DNA of 64,000 nucleotides from an uncultured virus (IMG/VR IMGVR_UViG_3300021959_008943) (IMGVR_UViG_3300021959_008943), one strand, 5' to 3'. Positions 46,888-58,002 are shown, counted from the first letter of the stretch. A program made the numbers and translations. Notes: a model not told the origin generated them from the sequence alone.

Positions 46888-49734
46888 CTATCCTAATGCC
46901 ACCGAAAATGCTATAGATTGTGCTCTCGTTGAAAAATCTGCTTCATCTGCTGAATCACCTTTAGGTCCTTGTGGTCCTCGTTGACCAATAGAAGTAAATA
47001 TTTGCCACGTACTATTTATAAAGATCAACTCAAGGATGCTTTGTCCTAAGTCTAATTCAAAATTTTCAGCGTATCCTTCAATAGTTGATCCATTGCGATC
47101 AATAAACAAAGAATTGTCTGTCCAATTCCCTATGTCTATTAGCTTAATATAATCTCCAGTTGTAGGAGATGCTGGCAATGTAACTGTAAATGAGGCTGAA
47201 GTTGTATCAATTGCGTATCTTCCTGCTGATACTGCTGTAAAGTTAGTATTATATGATGTATAGTCTGTAGAAAATACTCTAAAGTCAGAATCAAATCCTA
47301 AATAACTACCTCTTAAAGCATTGAAGTTCCATGTACCAAGTTCAAAAGATGCCGCGGCGCGATTTATGGTTGATGCCGAAGGGCTTGAATCAAGATCATC
47401 TTGAATTAAATTATTAAACGCATACCATTCGCCATTTGTAGCATCTCTGAAAAATCCAGCTCTACGAATGGTTGAACCACCGTCTTGGGAATATCTTCCA
47501 ACCACACCAATATCAACAGCATCAGAAGTATTTGAATCGGCAACTTTTATAAGAGCATTGGTAACACGAAGATCGTTTTGCTCATTAAGTATGTAAGCAC
47601 CACCAACAGTAAGATCGCCTGTGATAGTCATTCCAGCAAATTCTACTGAATCTGAAGTTGCTATTGTTTGGCCAATAGCAATAGATCCACTATTAATTGT
47701 TACACCAGTTCCGGCAGTAAAATGAGCTCTTACATCTGTTGCAGAAGGTCCGGTATAACTTATGGCTCCAGTTGAAGAATTATATGATAAAGATCCATCA
47801 CCACCATTATCTACTACAGAAATAGCATTCTTAGCATCGCTATCTGCTCTTGCAGTAGTGTAATATAATCTAGTACCTTCTTGAATATCTGTAGTATTAA
47901 TACTAGTATTGACATATGAATCTACTCTAGCATCAGTGTAATATAATCTAGTACCTTCTGTTAAGTCTGAAGTAGATCTGTCAGTCAAAGATGCAGCAGA
48001 TAACGTACCAAATAATGTGCCGGTTGCAGTAACATTACCTTGAGCAATAATATCTTGGGCTCTAATGTTTTTATCAACACCAAGACCACCAGCAACCGTC
48101 AAAGCAGCGCTTGTTTTAGAAGCTGCTTCCGTAAAATTCGGAATATTAATTTTACCACTAGTATCAATTGAAAGTAAAGTGGTGCCACCATCTAAATCGA
48201 ATGGCGAAGATCCAATGTCACTTTTAACTTTAAAGCTAGTATTTGTTCCAGAAAAACCAACAACCATTTCATTACTAGCTGTTGTTCCACTTACTCCAAT
48301 TCCATGACTAAATTGATTATCAATGGACAGCGCTAAAACAGAATTTCTAGAACTATCATCAGAGCTAAAATTAAATACTGATTGAGTAGAGTCACCAATA
48401 TTTGTATTACTATTGATAGCCAGACTTCCGTATTGCCGGCCATATACGGCTGTAGAATCAAGTAATGGATCTACTAATATTTTATTAGTAAGAACTGTCG
48501 TTAAATTATCTACAAAAGCAGAATCAACTCTAACATCTATTGCACTATCTGCTCTAGAAGTTGTATAATATAGATTAGTACCTTCTGTAATATCATCTGT
48601 ATTTTTAGTGTCTAACCTAACATCAAAATCGCTATCAGATCTTGCGGTTGTATAATATAGATTAGTACCTTCTGCCACATTAGTTGTTGACTTGGTTGTT
48701 AACCTAATATCAAAATCACTATCTGCTCTAGAAGTTGTATAATATAGATTAGTTGAACCTTCGGGCAAATCATTAGTTGAGTTATGGCTCAATTCAAAGG
48801 TCATAGGATTGCTGTCTGCATCCCTAATAGCTAATTGACCATTGCTTTCATGCAAAATCATAGTACCTAAGAAGATACTATTACCACTTAAATAAAGATC
48901 TTTAAATCGTAAATTATTAGAACCTAAATCATATGCAGAATCGGTATCGGGTATTATGCTAGTAGTAATATTTTGTAGGTTTGAATCAAATCTTGATCTA
49001 GTATAATAAAGATTAGTTGAACCTTCAGTTACAGAATCTGTATCGATGGCATTACGCGTTATAACACCCGTTGCAGTATTGTAAGCTATTCCATCCCCAG
49101 CAACAAGATGCTTTCGAGTTTCTGTTTGCATCGATGAAGTAGATGCATAATTCGAATCATTACCAATAAAAATATTACCAGCATTTAAGTTTGGTGTAGC
49201 TGCTGTACGACCGGCTCCGCCAACTTTAATAATACCTTCAGAGGCATGGGATCTTACAACTTTACCGATGTTTTGAATAAGAGAGGCTTCACCGGCTGGC
49301 TTAACGTTAGTGATTGCTCCAGCTGTAGTAGATACATATAATGTATTGCCTACTGCAAAACTAGAAGTATCTAATCCTGTTAAATTTCCGGAAGTAATAA
49401 TTACAACTTCAGCATTATTATTAGCACTGGCTTTAAGTAAACCAAACGCAGGCATGGCAGAAGGATTATTTGCGTCAGCTAGGCCTATCGTGGGTTTGCT
49501 TCCGCTCACACCATTAATGTAAACAGCCTGTCCTTTTGTAACAGGAAAACCTGATTCGTTTTTAGCAGCGAATTCTATCGGGGATTCTTGTAATGACTTA
49601 ACATCATCATCTGTATTTTTATAATACAGATTTCCGTCTTGGTAGTTAATGGCTAGTTCGCCATAATCTAATGATGCGACTTCTGGAATTCTGCCCGCAA
49701 CGGCGGACTTCTTCAGTCTAACTTTAGTAGCCAT
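46888..49734 (-). CDS. Putative tail fibre protein with EG(S)T(N/R)LYYT repeats
   Basis: N-terminal ..LKKS.V.G..P....YGELAIN; six repeats; C-terminal TVTLPASP..GD and a short GQRGPQGPKG. Confidence 0.75.
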   Translation of the reverse strand: MATKVRLKKSAVAGRIPEVASLDYGELAINYQDGNLYYKNTDDDVKSLQESPIEFAAKNESGFPVTKGQAVYINGVSGSKPTIGLADANNPSAMPAFGLLKASANNNAEVVIITSGNLTGLDTSSFAVGNTLYVSTTAGAITNVKPAGEASLIQNIGKVVRSHASEGIIKVGGAGRTAATPNLNAGNIFIGNDSNYASTSSMQTETRKHLVAGDGIAYNTATGVITRNAIDTDSVTEGSTNLYYTRSRFDSNLQNITTSIIPDTDSAYDLGSNNLRFKDLYLSGNSIFLGTMILHESNGQLAIRDADSNPMTFELSHNSTNDLPEGSTNLYYTTSRADSDFDIRLTTKSTTNVAEGTNLYYTTARSDSDFDVRLDTKNTDDITEGTNLYYTTSRADSAIDVRVDSAFVDNLTTVLTNKILVDPLLDSTAVYGRQYGSLAINSNTNIGDSTQSVFNFSSDDSSRNSVLALSIDNQFSHGIGVSGTTASNEMVVGFSGTNTSFKVKSDIGSSPFDLDGGTTLLSIDTSGKINIPNFTEAASKTSAALTVAGGLGVDKNIRAQDIIAQGNVTATGTLFGTLSAASLTDRSTSDLTEGTRLYYTDARVDSYVNTSINTTDIQEGTRLYYTTARADSDAKNAISVVDNGGDGSLSYNSSTGAISYTGPSATDVRAHFTAGTGVTINSGSIAIGQTIATSDSVEFAGMTITGDLTVGGAYILNEQNDLRVTNALIKVADSNTSDAVDIGVVGRYSQDGGSTIRRAGFFRDATNGEWYAFNNLIQDDLDSSPSASTINRAAASFELGTWNFNALRGSYLGFDSDFRVFSTDYTSYNTNFTAVSAGRYAIDTTSASFTVTLPASPTTGDYIKLIDIGNWTDNSLFIDRNGSTIEGYAENFELDLGQSILELIFINSTWQIFTSIGQRGPQGPKGDSADEADFSTRAQSIAFSVALG
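47840..49030 (-). repeat. Six dispersed EG(S)T(N/R)LYYT..R.DS peptide repeats, partly conserved at DNA level
   Basis: GTATAATATAGATTAGT-like units near 48565, 48650 and 48735; related units near 47860, 47940 and 49000. Confidence 0.85.
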
Positions 49735-49768
49735 AGTGGTTCCTTAAAAAAGGTTATGTGTAAAGGTA

Positions 49769-51262
49769 TTAGTAAATACCGCCATCGACAACGGCAATTG
49801 TTACATCGCCAGATGATAAGCTAAATTGTCTTTCGTTTCCTGGTGCAGACGCCAAAGCACTATCAGCATATCCGCCAAATGATGCAACGCCCAAGTTTGT
49901 TAGTGTAGATGTCTCAGCTGAGATTGTTAAGGTATTCGACCCATCAACGTATGTAAGATCAACACCTTCACCTGCAAGCAAGAAATTATCAACTAAATGA
50001 TCTTCAATTGCTTCTTTTACTGATACATCGTTAAATGTAAGTGAAGAACCGCCAATAGAATCTGGAAGATTTACTTTATAGTTAAAGTCCCAAGCTTCAT
50101 TAGCATTATCCCAAGTAATAGTTGGTTTAGTACCAGTGTACCCAGCTCCACCTACAGTAATTCCAGCGCCATCAGCTTCAGTGCCATCAGCAGCAGAATC
50201 AGCAAGAACAATATTTAAATCATTCACTGACATTGTTGTAGAATTAATTATAGTTTGAGTACCTTGAACTGTAAGGTTACCACGAATAATTAAATCGCCA
50301 CCATCAGAATCGACAGGAGCTGGATCAATATAAAGAGTATTAGATCCGTCAGTAGAACTAATAGTATTACCATCTAATTTAATATTATCAACTGTGAGTT
50401 GACCAAGATTTAATATATCAGAATCTAAATTAACTGTAACTATATTTCCTGAAACTGCAGTGTTAACATTAACTCCACCAGCAATTGTAAGATTGGAATC
50501 AAGAAGAGACACATCGCCATTACCACCATCAGCATCTAAATTCAAAGTAGATGCAATTGATTCCGTAGCAGCGGCGGTTAATTGGCCGCGAGAGTTAACT
50601 GTAAATGTTGGAATTTGAGTTGCAGAACCATAAGAACCAGCAGTTACTGTTGTGTCTGTCATCTTAATGGTAATTTTATTACCATCTGCTCCATCGCCAG
50701 ATGTAGTAATACCAATTTCACCATGTATAGAAAGTTCAGAATCAGCTAAATTAATTCTTGTATTATTATCTGAATCGTCTCTAATATTTATTACAGATGA
50801 ACCAATATTTGTATCAACATATGCTTTAGTTGCAGCATCTTGATTTCCTACTGGATCTGTGACATTAATAATTTTAGATGAGTTAACATCAACATTACCA
50901 GCACCATTAGGATCAATAATAATACTTTCATCTGCAACAGTTGATGTTATGCTGCTCCCATCAAGTCTTAAGTTATCAACATTCCATTGATTTACTTTAC
51001 TTGATCCGTCGAGAATTACAACTTTATCAGCTTCAATATTACCATTTGCGCTTGTTGCTGAAAATAAACCAGCAAAATACTCACCACCAATTACTACAAT
51101 AGATGTTGCATTACCTGATCCATCATCGCCTTTGCCGTAATAAAGTCTATCGCCACCATTGTTATAAAGACCAGTACCACCAGAATAAGCTAACTCTCCT
51201 GATTTAAGGTTTGTAGGGGCAATCGTACCTGTAGACCTTTTTATTCTAATTATAGTGGCCAT
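49769..51262 (-). CDS. Putative tail fibre protein
   Basis: IRIKRS....P..L..GELAY N-terminus, DAATKAYVD, AGSYGS...IP.FTV...G.LT and GNLTVQGT motifs. Confidence 0.75.
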   Translation of the reverse strand: MATIIRIKRSTGTIAPTNLKSGELAYSGGTGLYNNGGDRLYYGKGDDGSGNATSIVVIGGEYFAGLFSATSANGNIEADKVVILDGSSKVNQWNVDNLRLDGSSITSTVADESIIIDPNGAGNVDVNSSKIINVTDPVGNQDAATKAYVDTNIGSSVINIRDDSDNNTRINLADSELSIHGEIGITTSGDGADGNKITIKMTDTTVTAGSYGSATQIPTFTVNSRGQLTAAATESIASTLNLDADGGNGDVSLLDSNLTIAGGVNVNTAVSGNIVTVNLDSDILNLGQLTVDNIKLDGNTISSTDGSNTLYIDPAPVDSDGGDLIIRGNLTVQGTQTIINSTTMSVNDLNIVLADSAADGTEADGAGITVGGAGYTGTKPTITWDNANEAWDFNYKVNLPDSIGGSSLTFNDVSVKEAIEDHLVDNFLLAGEGVDLTYVDGSNTLTISAETSTLTNLGVASFGGYADSALASAPGNERQFSLSSGDVTIAVVDGGIY

Positions 51263-51495
51263 TAGTATGTGCCTCCGTTAATATTTTGATTTTCTAAGTC
51301 TTGAGTTGCAGTCCATTTTGAAGTAGACCCACTATAAACAAGAACACTGCCATCTACTACATTACTAACATCAACATCTCCAGCCGAATTAATATTATTC
51401 GCTGCTTGGATTACTCGACGCACAGGCCTTCCCAACACTACTTTTTTTACTTGTGTTGTTGTGCCAGACGAAACAACTAAACTTCTTTGTACCAT
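51262..51495 (-). CDS. Small fibre-associated protein
   Basis: DV......DGSVLVY.....KW and C-terminal INGGTY. Confidence 0.65.
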   Translation of the reverse strand: MVQRSLVVSSGTTTQVKKVVLGRPVRRVIQAANNINSAGDVDVSNVVDGSVLVYSGSTSKWTATQDLENQNINGGTY

Positions 51496-51502
51496 AATAT
51501 TC

Positions 51503-51856
51503 CTATTGAGTTACTGATGGAGTGACTTGTATTCTTCCCTCAAGAACTCTTTCTATAATAGTATTACTATCACTATCTAAGAAAGAAATTTCTGCATCAT
51601 ATACGTATTTACCAGAGCGAAGAGCATCAGTTTGAGTATTAGTCAAAGCTAAAGTTAAAATGCCATCCGTCGATGGATTTGATATTGTGGTGGTAAAAGT
51701 TGTCGTATCGGAGCTATCGCTGTTATACGATTTTTTCATTTTAGCTAGTGCAGAATAGTTTGTTAGATCTTTTACTGATCCATCTGCTTCTACTAAATGA
51801 ATTTCAATGGCTACATCTGCGCCTTGATCAATTGTAAATTCTTCGTATTGGGCCAT
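51503..51856 (-). CDS. Small beta-sandwich virion/baseplate-adaptor-like protein
   Basis: IDQGAD, DLTNY, G...L.L...QT..L..G.YVYD and RVLEG...V.P.VT. Confidence 0.7.
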   Translation of the reverse strand: MAQYEEFTIDQGADVAIEIHLVEADGSVKDLTNYSALAKMKKSYNSDSSDTTTFTTTISNPSTDGILTLALTNTQTDALRSGKYVYDAEISFLDSDSNTIIERVLEGRIQVTPSVTQ

Positions 51857-51909
51857 GCTTACTCCGTGTAACCTTTGTCGGACGCGAACGCCCCTGCACC
51901 ATTTTGTTT

Positions 51910-51917
51910 TATTTATA
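51910..51917 (-). promoter_or_regulatory. Late promoter TATAAATA heading the fibre/collagen operon
   Basis: Exact motif just downstream of a terminator. Confidence 0.75.
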
Positions 51918-51934
51918 ACAAAACAGATTTATAT

Positions 51935-51966
51935 AAAAAGAAAAGGCCAACCGAAGTTGACCTTTT
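51935..51966 (-). terminator. Rho-independent terminator with a UUCG loop
   Basis: Minus strand GGTCAAC-TTCG-GTTGGCC-TTTTCTTTTT. Confidence 0.88.
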
Positions 51967-51991
51967 ATACAATTATTTGATTTTAAAAACC

Positions 51992-54121
51992 TTAAAGACC
52001 AGGTCTACCATAAAAAACCATATCTCCACCACCGACCGGACGGCCGTTGATGATGTCACCATCAGAACCAGAATCAGCAAATGAATATCTATTTGCTTGA
52101 GAATTACTATCTCTTAAAGCTGTACATTCATATTGAACAACTCCGCCATAGTTATTAACTACATACAAATATTCGCCAGTATGATTCCAACAAATACTAT
52201 TAATTCCGTTCGCCCATCCTCTTCGGTAGCTAGATGCTTTGGTGTAAACTACATGAGGATTAAGATCGCCCACATAATAATCATAGAAATCTGCAATACT
52301 AGTATAACCACTATCTGCATGATTAATTGGGGCATGAATAAGTTCATCTATTTTTGCTTGCAGTCTTGAGGAATCTCCAAACAAAGCAAAGCTTTCAGAA
52401 TCTCTTAAATGTTTTGCATTACTTCCAAATCTCCTAACAATATCAGCATCTTTATCACCTGGACCTCCATATCCACCAGAATCCATATCGCCGAGGGGGT
52501 CGCCAAATGCATTTATTTGATTAAACGCTGAATCAAATCGATTCAGAGGAAACAGCGCGGGCGGACCAATGGTTGACCATGCGGACACATGATCAGCTAA
52601 GTCATCCCAATCTATTCCGGCATATCCTAGAGTCATGCCTTTCCAATCAGCAACATTCTCAAGTCTATATGTTGCAGCTGAATCGGCATCACTATAAATA
52701 TCATATTTAGGATTGTTCAAACTCTGTCCACTGCTGGCCACCAACGCATCGCCATTTCGTGTGAAGCTTCCATTGCCGGTTGTTGCGCTATCAAAGTAAT
52801 CAAAAGGTTGAACTGTGCTCAAATCCCACGGAGTATCTAAAACAAAATTCACAAGCTCCTGGCCTCCGGCAAAGTTATTCGCAACTAGAGTCATTATTTT
52901 TCCATCTTGAGATATATCAAAAGCATCAAACCCCCTATTGGCCCAATAAGTGTTAATGCCAGAGTTGGGATTGCTAGAATGTCTTTTCAGATTAAAATGA
53001 TATTGATCGCTATCTATAGTAAATGAGCTGCCTTGATAATTACTCATAGTAGCAGATATAATCCAACTATCATCTACAAATGTATTATAACCATCCCACC
53101 CTTCACTTTGTTTTTTAAGACCAGTGCAATGAATAAGCACTTTTAAATTATCATCGCCATAAGTAGGATTACCATTTGGCGTTGGCCCTAATTGCATTCG
53201 CATTTTATACGCATGTGCATCAAAATTATAATTGCCTGAAACACGCGAAATCCACCAATCTTCGCCATTGGCGTTAAAAAAATCAGAATCTAAAGTTGCA
53301 ATTGTAGTTGGTACGCGAAATGGTACGCCGCTTCCAGGGCGCCAACTTCCAAAGTTTTGCGCGGTGCCGTAATCGGTGGGATATCTTCTAATTGTACCGC
53401 ATTTAGCAGTTGTATCGGCAATTGGGTCATTATCGCTTAGAAGGTAAGTAAACGCAGAATTAGTAAGTTCTATATCTCGCACACTGCTATTAATCACATT
53501 AGGGTAGCTAATATACGACGCACCGATAGGAATATAGTTTTTATGTAAATTTTGCTCAACAAATATCTTTTGGTCTGAATCATTATTACCGTTTGGATCA
53601 GTGTAATATTTATGAAATTCAGATAAATCGCCCTTATTATTATTTACTTGCCAATGGGAAATTTGAGTACCATTTCCTCTAAGTTGATAAATACCGGCAC
53701 CAATATAAGTTCGACGTGTTCGAATTGGCATACCAAAATGAACTGTATAAAAAGACGCTGCGGGTTTGCCTCTATTACCATCTTGCAAAAATGGAACAGG
53801 CAACATTTTTAAATTAAGAATTCCACCATTAAAAACTGGATCAGGGCTCTTAGTAATACTACCAGTTTCTCTAGACGTATTACTACCATATTCAACGACA
53901 TCATTAGGATAATATGTTCCATTAACTATTTGCGATCCTGCTGCGTTTCCAGCATGACTATCTCTCAAAGGACCCCGGTTCAAAATAGAAGCATTTCTAT
54001 ATTCTGGATAATTCATATCCACAACCATTAACGGACCATCTGAACTATCTAGTCTTGACGGCCGCAGATGTCTAATATCCCAATTTAAAAGATGACTGGA
54101 TTTACCGTTGTTTAATATCAT
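51992..54121 (-). CDS. Hypothetical putative virion/fibre-tip protein
   Basis: 709 aa. Degenerate propeller-like motifs DISQDGK.M, L.TPWDLST and WN.TG..LYVV......QY. Confidence 0.6.
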   Translation of the reverse strand: MILNNGKSSHLLNWDIRHLRPSRLDSSDGPLMVVDMNYPEYRNASILNRGPLRDSHAGNAAGSQIVNGTYYPNDVVEYGSNTSRETGSITKSPDPVFNGGILNLKMLPVPFLQDGNRGKPAASFYTVHFGMPIRTRRTYIGAGIYQLRGNGTQISHWQVNNNKGDLSEFHKYYTDPNGNNDSDQKIFVEQNLHKNYIPIGASYISYPNVINSSVRDIELTNSAFTYLLSDNDPIADTTAKCGTIRRYPTDYGTAQNFGSWRPGSGVPFRVPTTIATLDSDFFNANGEDWWISRVSGNYNFDAHAYKMRMQLGPTPNGNPTYGDDNLKVLIHCTGLKKQSEGWDGYNTFVDDSWIISATMSNYQGSSFTIDSDQYHFNLKRHSSNPNSGINTYWANRGFDAFDISQDGKIMTLVANNFAGGQELVNFVLDTPWDLSTVQPFDYFDSATTGNGSFTRNGDALVASSGQSLNNPKYDIYSDADSAATYRLENVADWKGMTLGYAGIDWDDLADHVSAWSTIGPPALFPLNRFDSAFNQINAFGDPLGDMDSGGYGGPGDKDADIVRRFGSNAKHLRDSESFALFGDSSRLQAKIDELIHAPINHADSGYTSIADFYDYYVGDLNPHVVYTKASSYRRGWANGINSICWNHTGEYLYVVNNYGGVVQYECTALRDSNSQANRYSFADSGSDGDIINGRPVGGGDMVFYGRPGL

Positions 54122-54132
54122 TTAATTCTCTA

Positions 54133-57100
54133 TTATGCAAAATCTTGACCAACAACAGAACCATAAACAGTAGCTCCACCATCAGTTGTAAAAAATTGAT
54201 AAAGTTGAGTGGAACTTGAAGCAACCGGAGTTTGAGGTTTTACTCCACCGCTCCACTTTACAGAAGATGGCCAAGTAATCTCTCTGCCACCGGTTGCTCC
54301 GTTTACGAGCATTACCATTAATTGAGCAAAATAACTATTTGCAGGCAAATCAGTAAAGCCTATTGGAAAATTATTATTACCAGTATTTGTAATTTTATAA
54401 TATTGGTTAGTTTTCCAGCTAAGGTTTTCTGTTGAAGTATTAGTTTTAGTAATCTCAGTTCTAGAAGTAAATACGGTATTTGATGCTGTATATCCAACAA
54501 CATTTACTATACCAGTACCATCAGACTCTTTAAGGTCTAGAGCCGATACGCCATATCCATCACCAACTGTATTGCTTTTTAATTTGAATGAAAGCTGATC
54601 TGCTGTATTAAGGTCTAAAAATCCTCTTTGTGCTGTTCCGTCTCTGAAATTAATTATTCCCAATCCAGCATCAAGTGTAAGATCGCCGTTACCAGTCTTT
54701 ATAGTTACAGCGTCTGTTCCACTACCACCGCCACCAGTTCCATAGAACTCCCCATCCCCAGATACAGTAACCCCGCCTGCGTTAGATCCATTACCATAGC
54801 TAATTAATGTGTAATACGCTCCGCCTGCGTTATCTGTTACGCGCAACGCCCCACTGGAATTGAGGGTTTTAAGCTTAATATCTGCACCATTACCTGTAGT
54901 TTTTAAATTAATAGATTGCGCATTACTAATTTCAAAAAGACCATTATCATCTAGGGTCATGGTAGTAGTATCACCACCTAGGCCATTTTTAAACAAAAAG
55001 TCATTACCCTCAGCATCAAATGTAATATCGCCATCAGATGTTAATCCAAGGCCGTTTAAACTACGTGTATCAACTGCGCCTAATGCCATTCTAGTAGCTG
55101 AATCGCCATTCCATAATACAAACTGGTCTGTGCTATCTGCAGATATTTGAGTAGATAATTCATTAGGCGCAAATTCTAATGAATGATTAATGTTGGATCC
55201 ACTAATGTCGCCAGTTGATGTTAAACCAATTCCAGCCTGTAAAGTTCCAACATAATCAGTAGCTGTAAATGTTGCATCAATCATAGCTTGAGCAGACGAT
55301 GAATCCATAACATCTAATGTTACATTGCCACCAAGAGATACTGATTTACCAATAGTATCTTCTCTAGTTTTAATTGTAATACTATTATTGGTTAGTTTAG
55401 AATTAGCAATTGATCCAGCAAGTTGTGCATTTGATATGCCTAAAGCTTTAACACTTACAGCACCAGCGGTAACACTAAAGTCATTACTATTAAATGAAGC
55501 AACACCCAACGTAGATGTTGTTGCAGCAGCTACAGATAAATCTACAGTATTGTCATCTGATTGATATGTTGCGGTAATATTTGTTTCGACATTCCCACTA
55601 AACAATCCGCCCGCAATTTTCTTAACATCTGAATCATTTACTTCAATAGTAACTTTATCGGTTGAAGAATTAACACCAATATCAATGCCTTCACCTTCTA
55701 CAAAAGTAAGAGTTCCGCCTAACGAAACTGCTGCAGTATTACCATCAGAATCTTTAAATGAAATTGATGAGTTAGCCAATTCAGCATTTGCCACTCCACC
55801 ATTTTTAATTGTAACATCGCCGGCTGATACTAAGAAATTATCAGAGCTAAATGATGCAATACCAAGAATGTCTGAATCTGCTTCATCAACAGAAACTGTT
55901 AAAGTAGATCCTGCCAAGTTTGTTTGAACTGATGTACCACCATCAATCTTTAATGTTCCGGAACCTGTGGTTGCATTTACAAATAGATCATCATCATCAT
56001 CGTCTTTAAAATGAATACCACCTGTAGTTGGAGCAGCAATTGACAATTGATAGAACGTACCAGTTGAGTCAGTTGCTTCCCAATATCTACTGGTTTCATT
56101 CCATCTAAAGCCAGCGTAAAAAGTAGCTGCATCAACTTCACCACCAACAAAAACCCCAGCTCCACCAGCTTGGTTTGAATCAGTTAGGCCTGACCCAAGA
56201 ACAATACTTTTATCTTCAACATTTAATGTTGAGGTATTTAGAATTGTTTGTGCGCCTTGAACAGTTAAGTTACCAGCAATAACAACATCATCAGGTAAGC
56301 CAACTGTAATTGTATCGCCAGATCTTACACTCGTAACTTGGCCGCTTGTTCCTTGTACTGTAAGAGTATTACCTCTATCCAAAGCAGAACCAGTATCACT
56401 GGCGCTGTCTTTTAAAGTTAATAGTGTATTTAAACTTACTGCACCAGATGTTACTGTAAAATCTCCAGAGTTAAATGATGCAACGCCTTTATTTGAACTT
56501 GAAGCATTTTCGCCTTTAATTGTATAAGTGCCAGCGCCATTTGTAATATCAATGCCTTCTCCTTCAACAAGAAAATTGCCTAAATCTGAATCAACTCTAG
56601 CTGTTGTATAGTAAATGTTTGTTGAGCCTTCATCTACTGAATCTGTAGACATAGCGTTCAATTCGTTAATAGCACCAGATAGTGTATTTGAGACAGTAGT
56701 TAAAGAAGAAGCACCAATTTCAGCATCAAGCTCATTAATACCACCAGTTAAAGTTTTAGAAGTTGTTGTAAGATTTATAGCTGGTCTACTGCCAATGTCT
56801 GAATCTAATTCGTTAATAGCATCTACAACGTTCTGGCCTGTTGTGTTTAAACCTCCAGAGCCCATTGAATCATTCAATGTAGTAATATCAGTTTCGTGCT
56901 CATTAATAGCACCGCGAAGAGTACTTGCAGAAGTAGTTAAACTAGCCGCACCAATTTCACCATCAAGCTCATTAATACCACCAGTTAAAGTTTTTGCTGT
57001 GGTTGTCAAACCTGTATAAGGTCTTGCTCCAATGTCTGAATCTAATTCGTTAATAGCATCAGATAAAGTAGTTGCAGTAGTTGTTAAAGCTTGACCAGGT

Positions 57101-58002
57101 TCTACTTTAGTGTTAAGAGTATCAATTTCAACTTCTAATTCGGATATAGCTCCACTCACTGTGGATGCCGTTGTGCCCATAGCACCGGCTGTGATAGTAC
57201 CTAGTTCCGCATCTAATTCATTAAGAGCTGTGGTTAATGCTGTTGCTGTTGTAGTTAAGTTACCAACTGTGCCAATATCAGATTCATGCTCGTTAATGGC
57301 CGCAACTATATTTTGTCCAGTAGTATTTAAACCACCAGAACCCATTGAATCATTTAGTGTATCAATTTCAACTTCTAATTCGGATATAGCCCCGCTTACT
57401 GTAGAAGCAGTTGTTCCCATTGCGCCGGATGAAATAGTACCTAACTCAGCATCTAATTCATTGATGGCCGCAAAAGCATTTTGAGCGCTGGTACTTAGAC
57501 TAGCTAGTGTACCTACAGAATCACGTAGCTCATTGATAGCATCGGTAAGTGTAGTACTGATGAATCCAACAAGACTTTGCGCAGGTTCGACATGAGCGTT
57601 GAGCGTATCAATTTCAGCTTCTAATTCACTAATAGCTCCACTTACAGTGGAAGCAGATGTACCCATTGCAGCAGGACTAATATCGTCAAGTTCTGCATCT
57701 AACTCATTGATAGCATCTGTTAGATTTTTAGCAGTGGTTGAAAGAGATATATAAGGTCTAACGCCTACGTCAGAATCAAGCTCATTGATAGCATCTGTTA
57801 AATTTTTAGCAATAGTAGTTAAATTAGAATGTGGTCTAGGACCAATGTCAGAATCAAGCTCATTGATAGCATCAGCCACAGGGCCAGCAGTAGTAGTCAT
57901 TGTTGAAACATCGCCAACGGAATCAATAAGATCGTTAAATCTTAATCTGCTAGTATTTAGTGTATCGCCAAGATCAACGTAAGGTATCTTTGAATTAGCC
58001 AT
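54133..58002 (-). CDS. Long fibre protein with a segmented coiled coil (AINELD repeats; fibritin-like)
   Basis: Many L.T.A..L..AINELD and GAISELE.EIDTLN repeats in the N-terminal third; GVASF...F.V..G.V repeats; C-terminal ITWP...KW.GG..P...Y.F.T.DGG. Confidence 0.75.
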   Translation of the reverse strand: MANSKIPYVDLGDTLNTSRLRFNDLIDSVGDVSTMTTTAGPVADAINELDSDIGPRPHSNLTTIAKNLTDAINELDSDVGVRPYISLSTTAKNLTDAINELDAELDDISPAAMGTSASTVSGAISELEAEIDTLNAHVEPAQSLVGFISTTLTDAINELRDSVGTLASLSTSAQNAFAAINELDAELGTISSGAMGTTASTVSGAISELEVEIDTLNDSMGSGGLNTTGQNIVAAINEHESDIGTVGNLTTTATALTTALNELDAELGTITAGAMGTTASTVSGAISELEVEIDTLNTKVEPGQALTTTATTLSDAINELDSDIGARPYTGLTTTAKTLTGGINELDGEIGAASLTTSASTLRGAINEHETDITTLNDSMGSGGLNTTGQNVVDAINELDSDIGSRPAINLTTTSKTLTGGINELDAEIGASSLTTVSNTLSGAINELNAMSTDSVDEGSTNIYYTTARVDSDLGNFLVEGEGIDITNGAGTYTIKGENASSSNKGVASFNSGDFTVTSGAVSLNTLLTLKDSASDTGSALDRGNTLTVQGTSGQVTSVRSGDTITVGLPDDVVIAGNLTVQGAQTILNTSTLNVEDKSIVLGSGLTDSNQAGGAGVFVGGEVDAATFYAGFRWNETSRYWEATDSTGTFYQLSIAAPTTGGIHFKDDDDDDLFVNATTGSGTLKIDGGTSVQTNLAGSTLTVSVDEADSDILGIASFSSDNFLVSAGDVTIKNGGVANAELANSSISFKDSDGNTAAVSLGGTLTFVEGEGIDIGVNSSTDKVTIEVNDSDVKKIAGGLFSGNVETNITATYQSDDNTVDLSVAAATTSTLGVASFNSNDFSVTAGAVSVKALGISNAQLAGSIANSKLTNNSITIKTREDTIGKSVSLGGNVTLDVMDSSSAQAMIDATFTATDYVGTLQAGIGLTSTGDISGSNINHSLEFAPNELSTQISADSTDQFVLWNGDSATRMALGAVDTRSLNGLGLTSDGDITFDAEGNDFLFKNGLGGDTTTMTLDDNGLFEISNAQSINLKTTGNGADIKLKTLNSSGALRVTDNAGGAYYTLISYGNGSNAGGVTVSGDGEFYGTGGGGSGTDAVTIKTGNGDLTLDAGLGIINFRDGTAQRGFLDLNTADQLSFKLKSNTVGDGYGVSALDLKESDGTGIVNVVGYTASNTVFTSRTEITKTNTSTENLSWKTNQYYKITNTGNNNFPIGFTDLPANSYFAQLMVMLVNGATGGREITWPSSVKWSGGVKPQTPVASSSTQLYQFFTTDGGATVYGSVVGQDFA
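56660..57880 (-). repeat. Array of AINEL/AISEL coiled-coil repeats with near-identical DNA copies
   Basis: For example GTATCAATTTCAACTTCTAATTCGGATATAGC near 57119 and 57359, and CCAATGTCTGAATCTAATTCGTTAATAGCATC near 56792 and 57029. Confidence 0.85.

Noticed and set aside
51875..52369. Short plus-strand ORFs around the terminator at 51.9 kb
   Set aside because: They overlap a terminator, a promoter and an opposite-strand gene, with no clear SD.
46888..58002. Diversity-generating retroelement suggested by fibre genes with repeats
   Set aside because: No reverse transcriptase and no template/variable repeat pair differing at adenines was seen.
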